Source of the DNA: a virus | Lineage: Duplodnaviria; Caudoviricetes | Virus record (IMG/VR): IMGVR_UViG_3300048848_000229 | Location: 1 to 36,504 of that record | DNA: 36,504 nucleotides | Reading direction: 5' to 3' (one strand) | Shown here: piece by piece, positions 1 through 7,850 of the stretch | Numbering within the stretch: the first letter of the stretch is position 1 | How the letters are laid out: every line of letters starts with the position of its first letter | Program-made: the position numbers and the translations under genes | Notes under the pieces: generated by a model | What the model was told of the DNA's origin: nothing | Seen by the model: the letters and a program-made list of their open reading frames with translations, nothing else | Databases searched by the model: none

Positions 1-1194
1 TCATTTGGCTTTCCCCTTCAATGGCTTGTCGGCTTTCGCGACCGAACCTTGGGGATTTCCCTGGGACTTTTGGTCGGCAACATGTCGCTGTGTGGCGGCG
101 TCAGTCGCCTCCATGCCCGCGCGGATGTCCTCGACCAGCACATCGGCATAGAACTCAGCAGTCGTCTTGATGTCCGAATGCCCGAGCAGCTTTTGCGCAA
201 GCTTAAGATTTCCGGTTGCGCGCAATAGACGTGTGCCGGTCGTGTGGCGGATGTCATGGAAGCGCGCCTTGACGTCGGCGCGTTTGACCGCTCGCCTCCA
301 GTGCGAGGTCAGTCCGTAATAAGTGACCGGATAGCGCTGCCCGCGGATGAACTTGGCCTTGGTTTTCGGGTCGGTCTTGGTCCTCTGCGCTTTGAAGGTG
401 AACACCTGGCTACTGTGGTGGCCGCGGCGTGACCAAAGGATCGCGTAGGCTTCTCTGGTGAGCGGGACGATCCGCGGGATCCCGCCCTTGGCAATGACGG
501 TCACCGTGGCCTGTTCGAAATCCACCTGCATCCATGTGAGCAACAGATTGCGTTTGCGCAGGCCGGTGATGATGGCGAAGCGACGCAGCGCGGCGTAATC
601 CTCGTCCTGCTGCGCATCGATCAACGCTTCCTCGGCGTGCTTGATCTCACGGATGGGGCGCTTCGTCGTTGGCAGCCGATGGTTTTTCCACTTCGGCTGC
701 TTTGGGATCACAGCATCCCAGTTCTCGACGGCGCGCGCGAAGATGCGCTGCAGCAGCCCGGTCGCGGTTTTATTGACGGTGCGGTTTGTGATGGGGCGCC
801 ACAGCTGCACGTCGTTGTCATCGCGCCCGGCGCGAATGCGGTCCTGCCGCCGCTCAGCCACCAGGCGGGAGAGGTCGTTGTCCTTGATCTCGTGCAAGAA
901 GGTGCGGGCGCCGAGGATATCTTTGATCCTCTGAAGGGAAAGAAAAAGGTCGCGCTCGCTTCCGTGAGCGCCGACCTCATTCCACCAGCGATCGCAGGCG
1001 TCACCGAGCCTTAGTGGCTCTCCAGAGGCGCGCCGTGCGATTGCAACCAAATCCCGGGCTTTGGCTTTCTCCGTGTCTTCGTGGGCCTGCGCGTCACGTT
1101 TGTTCGTGCACTTTGTGGACCCGGAAAAGCGATAACCTTCGAGCTGGAAGTCGAACTGCCAATACCGGGAGTCCTTGATACGGTAGATCGACAT
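1..1194 (-). CDS. int: Phage tyrosine integrase
   Basis: Catalytic set visible: R (ITGLRKRNL), K (IAKGG), HxxR (FHDIRH), LGH, Y (EFYAD). N-terminus YWQFDFQLEGYRFSGSTK resembles an arm-binding region. Confidence 0.95.
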   Translation of the reverse strand: MSIYRIKDSRYWQFDFQLEGYRFSGSTKCTNKRDAQAHEDTEKAKARDLVAIARRASGEPLRLGDACDRWWNEVGAHGSERDLFLSLQRIKDILGARTFLHEIKDNDLSRLVAERRQDRIRAGRDDNDVQLWRPITNRTVNKTATGLLQRIFARAVENWDAVIPKQPKWKNHRLPTTKRPIREIKHAEEALIDAQQDEDYAALRRFAIITGLRKRNLLLTWMQVDFEQATVTVIAKGGIPRIVPLTREAYAILWSRRGHHSSQVFTFKAQRTKTDPKTKAKFIRGQRYPVTYYGLTSHWRRAVKRADVKARFHDIRHTTGTRLLRATGNLKLAQKLLGHSDIKTTAEFYADVLVEDIRAGMEATDAATQRHVADQKSQGNPQGSVAKADKPLKGKAK

Positions 1195-1433
1195 GGCGAC
1201 ATCTCTGCGAGTGTTGCGAGGAACTGGCCGACTTCCTGGGCGGTGTACACCCAGCGGGGCTTGGCCCGGCCGAACCCCTTGATCCGGCCGGTCAGATTGC
1301 CGGCGTCACGATGCTTCCGCAGCGTCTTTTCGTCCATGGGTAAAAGCCGAGCAAGTTCCGGCATCCCCAGTGTGGCAGAGGTCGCGAAGGCCGCAGCGAG
1401 CGCCGGCGGCATCTGGTCTGCGGATCTGTTCAT
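1011..1433 (-). CDS. Excisionase-like HTH DNA-binding protein with a C-terminal tail overlapping int
   Basis: MerR/Xis-like wHTH (LGMPELARLLPMDEKTLRKHRDAGNL...RWVYT). ATG at 1433 overlaps the upstream stop (ATGA). Lies directly upstream of int. Confidence 0.7.
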   Translation of the reverse strand: MNRSADQMPPALAAAFATSATLGMPELARLLPMDEKTLRKHRDAGNLTGRIKGFGRAKPRWVYTAQEVGQFLATLAEMSPCRSTVSRTPGIGSSTSSSKVIAFPGPQSARTNVTRRPTKTRRKPKPGIWLQSHGAPLESH

Positions 1434-1654
1434 CTCGCCTCGCTGTAATCGAGTGCCAGCGCGGTCACCGTGCGGCCGCCTCGGCCGCAATGACGGGTAG
1501 GGCGCAAATGGCCATTCTGAATGAGCGTTTCGATCGTCTGCGGTTTGTAGAACGGGCCAAACTTGCCCCTCGCGTAACCCCTCCGAAACTGCCGGAGAGG
1601 CTCAATTGTCGCGTCAATCACGCAACGGCGCTGGGTGTCGGTCAGCGCGCTCAT
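1430..1654 (-). CDS. Hypothetical early-left protein (74 aa)
   Basis: ATGA-coupled to both neighbours. Confidence 0.65.
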   Translation of the reverse strand: MSALTDTQRRCVIDATIEPLRQFRRGYARGKFGPFYKPQTIETLIQNGHLRPTRHCGRGGRTVTALALDYSEAR

Positions 1655-1743
1655 GCCAGCACAGCCGCCCAGACAGCGATCATGCCACAGAAAAGCACGA
1701 TGGCGACCAGCGAAGCGGCTTCCTCTGCAGCTTGCCGGATCAT
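1651..1743 (-). CDS. 30-aa single-TM small protein (not in ORF track)
   Basis: Translates MIRQAAEEAASLVAIVLFCGMIAVWAAVLA*. ATGA overlaps with 1740..1928 upstream and 1430..1654 downstream. Confidence 0.65.
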   Translation of the reverse strand: MIRQAAEEAASLVAIVLFCGMIAVWAAVLA

Positions 1744-1928
1744 CGCGCGCTCATTTCGGCGTCGAAGATTGCGAGCTGTGCGAGATAGATCGCTTCGCCG
1801 GCATCAACGTTGCTGTTTGCGGCGATCAAGCGGGCCTGATTGATGGTCCGCTCGCGTAGCGCGTCTGGCAGGTGCCGAGTGCTTCGGTCTGTCTGCCAAA
1901 CAAGGTTCGCTCCCTCCTGGCTCGTCAT
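1740..1928 (-). CDS. Hypothetical early-left protein (62 aa)
   Basis: Fits the operon tiling; its stop overlaps the next ATG. Confidence 0.55.
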   Translation of the reverse strand: MTSQEGANLVWQTDRSTRHLPDALRERTINQARLIAANSNVDAGEAIYLAQLAIFDAEMSAR

Positions 1929-1940
1929 CGCTGCGCGCCT

Positions 1941-2222
1941 TTAGGCTGCAGCGTGCGAAAGGCGAAGAGCGCGCAGATTGGCCAAGTGGCAATAGGCCTT
2001 AATCTGCTCTTCCTTCCAGCCAAGGTTCTTGAGGTCGAGGTCCGTGACACAGTCGCGGCCGAAGCTGCGCATGTCGTCGGCCATCTGCTTGACGGCGGCC
2101 CCGTCCGAGAGACGGTCACGCGGGCCGACCGTCGAACTGTCGATCAGCGCGCTGATGGTGATGGAGCGGGGAAGGGTGCTAGTTACGCCGGGCAGGCGGT
2201 TGCAGGTTGATCGTCGTGCCAT
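1941..2222 (-). CDS. Hypothetical protein, first gene of the early-left operon
   Basis: ATG at 2222 preceded by SD GGGAGA; lies just downstream of the PL-like promoter. Confidence 0.6.
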   Translation of the reverse strand: MARRSTCNRLPGVTSTLPRSITISALIDSSTVGPRDRLSDGAAVKQMADDMRSFGRDCVTDLDLKNLGWKEEQIKAYCHLANLRALRLSHAAA

Positions 2223-2254
2223 CGTGTACATCTCCCGTGAATCATTCCACGTGA

Positions 2255-2284
2255 AACGTACACGTATCGTGTTCGTTCAGTCAA
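2255..2284 (-). promoter_or_regulatory. PL-like sigma70 promoter
   Basis: Minus strand TTGACT (2284-2279), 18-bp spacer, TACGTT (2260-2255). The operator at 2260-2272 lies in the spacer. Confidence 0.6.
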
Positions 2285-2296
2285 CACAAAATATGT
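2260..2296. promoter_or_regulatory. OL-like operator pair
   Basis: ACACG-TAT-CGTGT (2260-2272, perfect palindromic arms) and ACACA-AAA-TATGT (2284-2296), 24 bp apart. Confidence 0.75.
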
Positions 2297-2302
2297 ACAC
2301 GG

Positions 2303-3049
2303 TCAAAATACCGAGAACCGCCCGACGTACCTGCCGAAAATGGTCACTTCCTCCGGGTCGAACGCTTGATCAGGATAGGCTTTGTTGTCGGATTTGAGTA
2401 CGTACCGCGTCTGACCGTCGGCGCGCTCAACTGAAACCCTCTTGAGGGTCCTACCTAGCCCGTAGTCCAGCGCCCAAATTCCGTCTGGCTCCATGCGCTG
2501 TCGGCCGGTGTCGATGAAGACAATATCTGTGCGCTGGATCGTGGGCTCCATGCTGTCGCCGTCCATTGCGAAGCCGACAGTTCGTGCGACGTCTGCCCGC
2601 GCAAGCCCCCGCAAAACGCCTGGCGGTATGCGCCACCACTCTCCCACTTCTTCTCGAGACTGCATATCGCCGACATCAATCGTAATGACGGCGCCCGTCG
2701 AGCCGCCGCCGATTCTTCCAACCATCTGAGGGAGGGCATCTGGAAACGGGCGATCAAGCTCTGTGATCGGACTTTCTCCGCCGTCGGCGTCAGGGGCGAA
2801 TTCTTGGCCAGGCGCAACGCGAGAAAGTTCACCGCGGGGAGGGGCCCCTTCGCCGGTGAGCAGATAGCCGGCTGTGACCTTGAAGGCGCGGCCATACCTC
2901 TGCGCATCATCGGGGCCATAGTCATTCTGACCGTTCTCGTGTGCAGAATATGTTGATATCTTCCAGCCCTTTTTGACTGCTGCTGCTCGCGCAGACGGGT
3001 ATCCCGCTGATTCTCGTGCCTTTTTCAGGCGATCGCCAAGTTCGCTCAT
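2303..3049 (-). CDS. cI: CI-like phage repressor (XRE HTH + S24 autopeptidase)
   Basis: N-terminal HTH (LGDRLKKARESAG...STYSAHENG); S24 motifs GDSMEP and TLKRV; divergent from cro. ATG 3049 is preferred over TTG 3067. Confidence 0.92.
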   Translation of the reverse strand: MSELGDRLKKARESAGYPSARAAAVKKGWKISTYSAHENGQNDYGPDDAQRYGRAFKVTAGYLLTGEGAPPRGELSRVAPGQEFAPDADGGESPITELDRPFPDALPQMVGRIGGGSTGAVITIDVGDMQSREEVGEWWRIPPGVLRGLARADVARTVGFAMDGDSMEPTIQRTDIVFIDTGRQRMEPDGIWALDYGLGRTLKRVSVERADGQTRYVLKSDNKAYPDQAFDPEEVTIFGRYVGRFSVF

Positions 3050-3074
3050 AAGCACAATTTCACACAACGTGTAA

Positions 3075-3111
3075 ACACGAATAATGTTGGTTTAGCGAAC
3101 ACGAATCATGT
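3075..3111. promoter_or_regulatory. OR-like operator pair and PR region
   Basis: ACACG-AAT-AATGT (3075-3087) and ACACG-AAT-CATGT (3099-3111), 24 bp apart. CGAACACGAATCATGTACG (3096-3114) nearly repeats the minus-strand PL sequence CGAACACGATACGTGTACG. Confidence 0.75.
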
Positions 3112-3123
3112 ACGCATGCGTGC

Positions 3124-3375
3124 ATGAACACGATCGATGAAATCTTCGCGGGGTTCTCTGGCACGAGCGCCTTCGCAGTCGCCCTGGGCCTCAATCTCTC
3201 GACTGCGTCCGAGATGCGGCGCCGATCATCCATCCCGGTTCGGTATTGGCCGAAGCTCGTTGAGGCCGCGCGCGAACGTGGCCTCGACGGGATCACCTTC
3301 GACTCGCTGGTTGCGATGCATGTCCCGACTCCAGCACCCCATGATCCGTTGCTTTCTCAACAGGTGAATTCATGA
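3124..3375 (+). CDS. cro: Cro-like HTH protein (carph-isopro type)
   Basis: Short HTH (GTSAFAVALGLNLSTASEMRRRSSIPVRYW), divergent from cI. Confidence 0.8.
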   Translation: MNTIDEIFAGFSGTSAFAVALGLNLSTASEMRRRSSIPVRYWPKLVEAARERGLDGITFDSLVAMHVPTPAPHDPLLSQQVNS

Positions 3376-3794
3376 CGCGAGTGGTAGCCAAGTCCCGCGC
3401 TCAGGCCAAATCAGCGCGTGTCACGAATGTGAGTCAGAAAATCACGAACGTGACTCACATTTGTCCGGTGATGTTGAAAATGCGCGAGATTTTGCGCTTT
3501 GACGTCAGCGCGAAAGACGCCGCATGGGCGCTTTCAGCAATCCTGCAGCGGCCGCAGCCGAGCTGCCTGAAGTTGCTGAACGGGACGCTCGGCCTGAATA
3601 TCGAAGGGCAGACCGCTCTTCTACAATCCGAATTCGGTGATGAGGTTCACGCGGCGATCATGGACGCGGCCCCCAAGCGTGCCGCTTGGTATGCCCGCCG
3701 CCGCCAAGTGGTCGACGTCATCGCGCTAAGTGACCAGGCAGCGGAGCATCAACGCCGCGTCGATGAAGCTCTGAAGCGGACGCTTGGCCGATGA
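3372..3794 (+). CDS. Hypothetical regulator in the CII position
   Basis: ATGA-coupled to cro; helical, HTH-like segment. Confidence 0.55.
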   Translation: MTRVVAKSRAQAKSARVTNVSQKITNVTHICPVMLKMREILRFDVSAKDAAWALSAILQRPQPSCLKLLNGTLGLNIEGQTALLQSEFGDEVHAAIMDAAPKRAAWYARRRQVVDVIALSDQAAEHQRRVDEALKRTLGR

Positions 3795-4000
3795 CCATCT
3801 CCTGCGCTCCAATCAACAAAAACAAGCCTGGCCGTCCGAGCAGTGGTCTTCGGCGCCCGGTGCTGGCCTTCAGAATTCACGATTCTCTTTATGAGCAGAT
3901 CCGGGCGTCGGCTGCTGAGAAGCGTCTGACGATTTCGGAAGATGCGGCAGCTCGGCTGGCGCGGTCGTTCGAGCTTGACGCTCAGGGAGGCCACGAATGA
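3791..4000 (+). CDS. Arc/ribbon-helix-helix DNA-binding protein
   Basis: GRP...VLAFRIHDSLYEQIRASAAEKRLTISEDAAARL fits the RHH pattern. Confidence 0.75.
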   Translation: MTISCAPINKNKPGRPSSGLRRPVLAFRIHDSLYEQIRASAAEKRLTISEDAAARLARSFELDAQGGHE

Positions 4001-4170
4001 CGGGCTCCCGCGCTCCTGCGACATCACCGAATTCAGCTTCGTCGGCGGGGTCACGGCCGTCGGCGACCGAGCCGGGCGGGCGGTTGCCCTCCAAGGAGCG
4101 TCCGCCCGGTTCGGACAATTCGCTTGCCGCCTCGCGCGACGATTTTCTCCGACTGGCGAGGGCCATGTGA
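3997..4170 (+). CDS. Possible 57-aa hypothetical protein (not in ORF track)
   Basis: ATGA overlap with the Arc gene and TGATG overlap with the next gene. Low-complexity sequence that contains a strong RNA hairpin. Confidence 0.4.
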   Translation: MTGSRAPATSPNSASSAGSRPSATEPGGRLPSKERPPGSDNSLAASRDDFLRLARAM

Positions 4171-4334
4171 TGTTCGAATGGATTCTCGCTGCTGCAATCG
4201 CGGCTCTCGGCCTGGCTGGCGTGGTCGCCACCATCCTTTGGCCCTTCGATCGTCCGCGCGACCCGTATGCGGCGCCGTTCGGTGATTTGCCGCGCCTGCC
4301 GTCTGGTCCTCTCGATCGCGGTGACTGCGCATGA
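4170..4334 (+). CDS. Small single-TM membrane protein (54 aa)
   Basis: MFEWILAAAIAALGLAGVVATILWP..., GAGGG upstream; stop overlaps the next ATG. Confidence 0.6.
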   Translation: MFEWILAAAIAALGLAGVVATILWPFDRPRDPYAAPFGDLPRLPSGPLDRGDCA

Positions 4335-4687
4335 GCGAGGGCGTGCTGGCAAGAATCTCGGATCAGGCGGGGCCAGAAGAAATTGAAATCTGTCGCGAGC
4401 GGGTGGCGTTGCTGGACCGCGACATGCTGCTGACCGTCGATGCCGATCTAGCTGTGGTGCGGGTATTTGGGAGCGACAAGAAGGGCAACGCCGTTCGGCT
4501 CGGCATGACGCCAGAAGCGTCCATGCGTATCGGGGCCGCATTCATTCGCGCAGGCCTGCGCCTCAATCCCGCTTTGCGCGCCCAAGTCCTGGACGACACC
4601 ATCGGCAATGCGATCGCTGCGCCTCCGATCGTGAGAACGGACACGAGCGCTGGTGCCTCGACCAACAGGGATCATCCCAATGTCTGA
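4331..4687 (+). CDS. Hypothetical protein (118 aa)
   Basis: Coupled to both neighbours. Confidence 0.6.
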   Translation: MSEGVLARISDQAGPEEIEICRERVALLDRDMLLTVDADLAVVRVFGSDKKGNAVRLGMTPEASMRIGAAFIRAGLRLNPALRAQVLDDTIGNAIAAPPIVRTDTSAGASTNRDHPNV

Positions 4688-5108
4688 AGATGACGCTGAT
4701 ATTCAGTGGATTATTTATCTGTTTGACCTCGTGGAGCGGAGAAACGCTGCTCCGCGGATCGAAAGAGATTCATGGATAGCCGCAGCCCGCCGCCTTTTCA
4801 CGCCGGGGAGGCGTGAGCCCTGCTGTGTGTGCGGAAGGTTCAGAGGCATAGCCCAAGCGCATCATGTTGTGCCGCTTACAACACAGTATGACCGGGGCTT
4901 CGAGTATCCGGACAATGAGTTCGTTTGGTTATGTCCAAACCATCACGCGATCATCCATCTGTTCATTCTTGGCGATGACCGATCCGTTGCGCCGGCGGCG
5001 ATGCGAGCGCGAGCGCGGACAGCTGATCCCATTTATGACGATCTCAGCGATGTCGAATTTGAAGTCGTCATCGATCTGATGCGTCGCGCGGCCCGGGGGC
5101 CAGAATGA
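4680..5108 (+). CDS. HNH endonuclease
   Basis: CxxC (CCVCG), AHHVVP, then LCPNHHAIIH. Confidence 0.8.
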   Translation: MSEDDADIQWIIYLFDLVERRNAAPRIERDSWIAAARRLFTPGRREPCCVCGRFRGIAQAHHVVPLTTQYDRGFEYPDNEFVWLCPNHHAIIHLFILGDDRSVAPAAMRARARTADPIYDDLSDVEFEVVIDLMRRAARGPE

Positions 5109-6289
5109 GCGCAATCATCAAGTATGATGAGGCTTGCCGTCTTCTCGGGGAAGCCGTTGCAGTGGATGACGTGATGCAGATCCGCAGCAAGGCGGAGGCA
5201 ATGCGCATCTACGGTCGCCAGTTGAAGGACCGCGATCTGCAGCTTCACGCCGCGAAAATCAAGGCACGTGCTGGTAAGCGACTTGGCGAGATGCTCATCG
5301 AGGCTAATGAAAACGGCCAGATCAGCCGTGGGCAGCCACCAAAGAAATGTGCCGAAGAGGAACAATACTCTCGTATCACCCTCGAAGAGGTCGGGATCGA
5401 TCGCAAGCTGTCTGCGCAAGCACAGAAGATCGCTCGGTTGGGCGATGTTCGCTTCGAAGCGCTGATGGTCATGATGGAGCAAAGGGCCGCGGCTGGTGGC
5501 CCAATCGTCTCCGACATTCTGAAAGTCGATTCCGAAAGCGAACAGCGCGAAAGCCGGCGCCAGCTTGCGCGGGAGTTGAGCGATAAGGCGGCCGAATTAC
5601 CAAAAGGGCGGCTATATCCCTGTGCGTATATCGATCCTCCTTGGCATCGAAAGCAGGGCGTCACCAATCGCTCATACGAGAACCATTACCCGACCATGTC
5701 GTGGGATGACATCCTCGGTCTGATGACCAGGGTGGGCGAACTGCTGTTGCCCGATGCGTGGGTGTTTCTCTGGATTCCGCGCGCGCATCTGCTGGCTCTG
5801 CATCCGGTGCCGATGGAATTCAAGACTGATGACGGGGAAGTCATCGAGCGCGCTGTCAAGTTGCCGCTGGCCTGGGCAGTAGCGCGCGCTGCTGGCTGCG
5901 ATGGCTACTCCACATGCTTCGTCTGGACAAAGAACGACGAAGAGCATCCCGACGATATCGGCGGCGGCATCATCGTCCGCGATCAGGATGAATTGCTGTT
6001 GCTCTTCAAGCGTGGCCGCGGACTTCCCAAGCCGGCGCGCGACGAAATCTTCAATAGCAATCATCGTGAGCGGAAACGCGAGCACTCGCGAAAACCTGAT
6101 TATTACCGCCACATGATTCAGACGATGACTGGCGGGCTGCCGGTGCTGGAATTATTCGCGCGCGTCGATGATGAGCACCCGTTGCCGGAGGGGTGGGACG
6201 CTTGGGGTAATCAAGCTCAATCCGCCGACGCAATCGACATCCCTGAATTTCTGACATCCTGCGACGTAGCAAGCGAGGTATCGCAATGA
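5105..6289 (+). CDS. MT-A70-family N6-adenine DNA methyltransferase with N-terminal helical domain
   Basis: DPPW, HYPTM, VFLW, FVWTK, EHSRKP, LELFAR and GWDAWGNQ motifs. Confidence 0.9.
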   Translation: MSAIIKYDEACRLLGEAVAVDDVMQIRSKAEAMRIYGRQLKDRDLQLHAAKIKARAGKRLGEMLIEANENGQISRGQPPKKCAEEEQYSRITLEEVGIDRKLSAQAQKIARLGDVRFEALMVMMEQRAAAGGPIVSDILKVDSESEQRESRRQLARELSDKAAELPKGRLYPCAYIDPPWHRKQGVTNRSYENHYPTMSWDDILGLMTRVGELLLPDAWVFLWIPRAHLLALHPVPMEFKTDDGEVIERAVKLPLAWAVARAAGCDGYSTCFVWTKNDEEHPDDIGGGIIVRDQDELLLLFKRGRGLPKPARDEIFNSNHRERKREHSRKPDYYRHMIQTMTGGLPVLELFARVDDEHPLPEGWDAWGNQAQSADAIDIPEFLTSCDVASEVSQ

Positions 6290-6603
6290 GCCGGACGCCG
6301 CTGCCCGCACGTCGCATGCACGAGACGATTACGTTCAGCCATTGGGGGTTGGACTACATCGTCGGCCTCGGCCGCGCTCATCCAGATGCGCCAATCTCGG
6401 AAGTCTTTCTGAACTGCGCCAAATCCGGAACACAATCCGAAACTTTGGCGCGGGATTCCGCGGTCCTGCTCAGCCTGGCTTTGCAGTATGGCGTGCCGAT
6501 CCAATCCATCCGCCACGCCATTACTCGCAATGCTGATGGCGAGCCCTCGGGCCCCATCGGCGGGCTGATCGATCTCATGGAGAATCTGAATGAAGGCGTC
6601 TGA
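6286..6603 (+). CDS. Stand-alone TSCPD-like domain protein (class II ribonucleotide reductase C-terminal-like)
   Basis: RTPLPARR...EVFLN.AKSGT...ARDSAVLLSLALQYGVP resembles the NrdJ C-terminal region; recognised by eye. Confidence 0.65.
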   Translation: MSRTPLPARRMHETITFSHWGLDYIVGLGRAHPDAPISEVFLNCAKSGTQSETLARDSAVLLSLALQYGVPIQSIRHAITRNADGEPSGPIGGLIDLMENLNEGV

Positions 6604-6964
6604 GATTGCGACGGCTGCTGCCGGCTTGGTCGGCGGCGACCGTGAACTTACCCACGGAAACAAGACCGACAACCATCAGCGTATTGCGGACATGTGGAAC
6701 GGCGCGCTGCGCGGTATGGGCAAGGCAACGATGCGGCCGCTCGATGCGCACGATGTTGCGTGCCTTATGGAAATTCTGAAGGTCGCGCGGCGCTACGCGG
6801 GTGCGTTCAATATTGATGATTATATCGACGGCTCGGGCTACGCCGCGGTCGCTGGCGATATTCGATGTGAGCAAATGCGACGCGATGAGACCTGGGCTGT
6901 CGCTGCGCTTGCCGATGGCGCGATTGAAGGCTGCCCCGCTGGACCTCTTTCGGAGGTCAGGTGA
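6590..6964 (+). CDS. DUF6378-like phage protein
   Basis: GDRELTHG...NHQRIADMW...DVACLMEILKVAR...DDYIDGSGYAA. Confidence 0.7.
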   Translation: MKASEIATAAAGLVGGDRELTHGNKTDNHQRIADMWNGALRGMGKATMRPLDAHDVACLMEILKVARRYAGAFNIDDYIDGSGYAAVAGDIRCEQMRRDETWAVAALADGAIEGCPAGPLSEVR

Positions 6965-7308
6965 TGGCGAACGGCGTTCTGTGGCGCAAGGACGAGGTTG
7001 ACGAGATGGTTGCAATGGCGCGAAACGGCCAGCCGTTTCGGGCGATTGCTGACCACCTGCAGCGTCCAATCTCGGGAGTTCGGCTCAAATTTAAGGAGTA
7101 TGCCCGCTCGTTGACACCGTCATCACGCAAAGCGTTGTGGGCAGAGCGGGACGAAAATCTCCAATTGCCGATCGCGGGCCTCGCGAGCGCTGCGCAGCTG
7201 GCTGATCGTGCCGCGCGTGAGGCGACCACGCCATCATCCATCACGGCTGCGCTGCTCGGGGACCCGTTGCCGGGGCGCAGCGCGCTCGATCTTCGAGGGC
7301 GCGCGTGA
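6964..7308 (+). CDS. GcrA/Myb-like HTH protein
   Basis: WRKDEVDEMVAMARNGQPFRAIADHLQRPISGVRLK; C-terminal LLGDPLPGRSALD. Confidence 0.55.
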   Translation: MANGVLWRKDEVDEMVAMARNGQPFRAIADHLQRPISGVRLKFKEYARSLTPSSRKALWAERDENLQLPIAGLASAAQLADRAAREATTPSSITAALLGDPLPGRSALDLRGRA

Positions 7309-7589
7309 TGGTGGAGGGATCGACCATGGCACTGCTGCAGATGATCGCGCGCGCTGACGAGCGCAGTCTCGCGATCTCACGCGTGGTGTGCCGTCTGGTC
7401 AAGGACGGCCGGGAGCTTGGCGAGGTCCGGTCTGAGCTTGTTGTGGTCGATGGCGTTGAGCGCCCGGTCCTCGTCATGCCCGACCAATGGGTGGATCGCC
7501 TGGTGCTTGCGGCAGAGCGTGGCGCATTCGAGCGGATGCCGGAAGACCGCATCGTGGAGCGACTGTTGTCGCCGCCGGTGCCGGCATGA
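7305..7589 (+). CDS. Hypothetical protein
   Basis: Coupled to both neighbours. Confidence 0.55.
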   Translation: MMVEGSTMALLQMIARADERSLAISRVVCRLVKDGRELGEVRSELVVVDGVERPVLVMPDQWVDRLVLAAERGAFERMPEDRIVERLLSPPVPA

Positions 7590-7795
7590 GCGGGTCGCGT
7601 CATCGCTGGGGTGAGCCCACGCGCTTCCCGCACAAGAGCGAGCGAACTTGTCTCAACGGTTGCGGCATCACCAAGGTCGGCCGGCATGAAGTCGAAGGTC
7701 CTCGATCGCGATATTGGACCGAATTTTATCGGGATGCCGAGCGGATCGTCTGCGAGTTCACGCCAACCTGTGATCCGCCCGAGCCGAGCGTCTGA
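7586..7795 (+). CDS. Small Cys/His-containing hypothetical protein (69 aa)
   Basis: ATGA-coupled start; HRW...CLNGC...C. Confidence 0.55.
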   Translation: MSGSRHRWGEPTRFPHKSERTCLNGCGITKVGRHEVEGPRSRYWTEFYRDAERIVCEFTPTCDPPEPSV

Positions 7796-7850
7796 CCGAC
7801 TTTGTAAGCAGCGTGTGCGTCCAGTTTCCTAGCATCACATCGAGACCACA

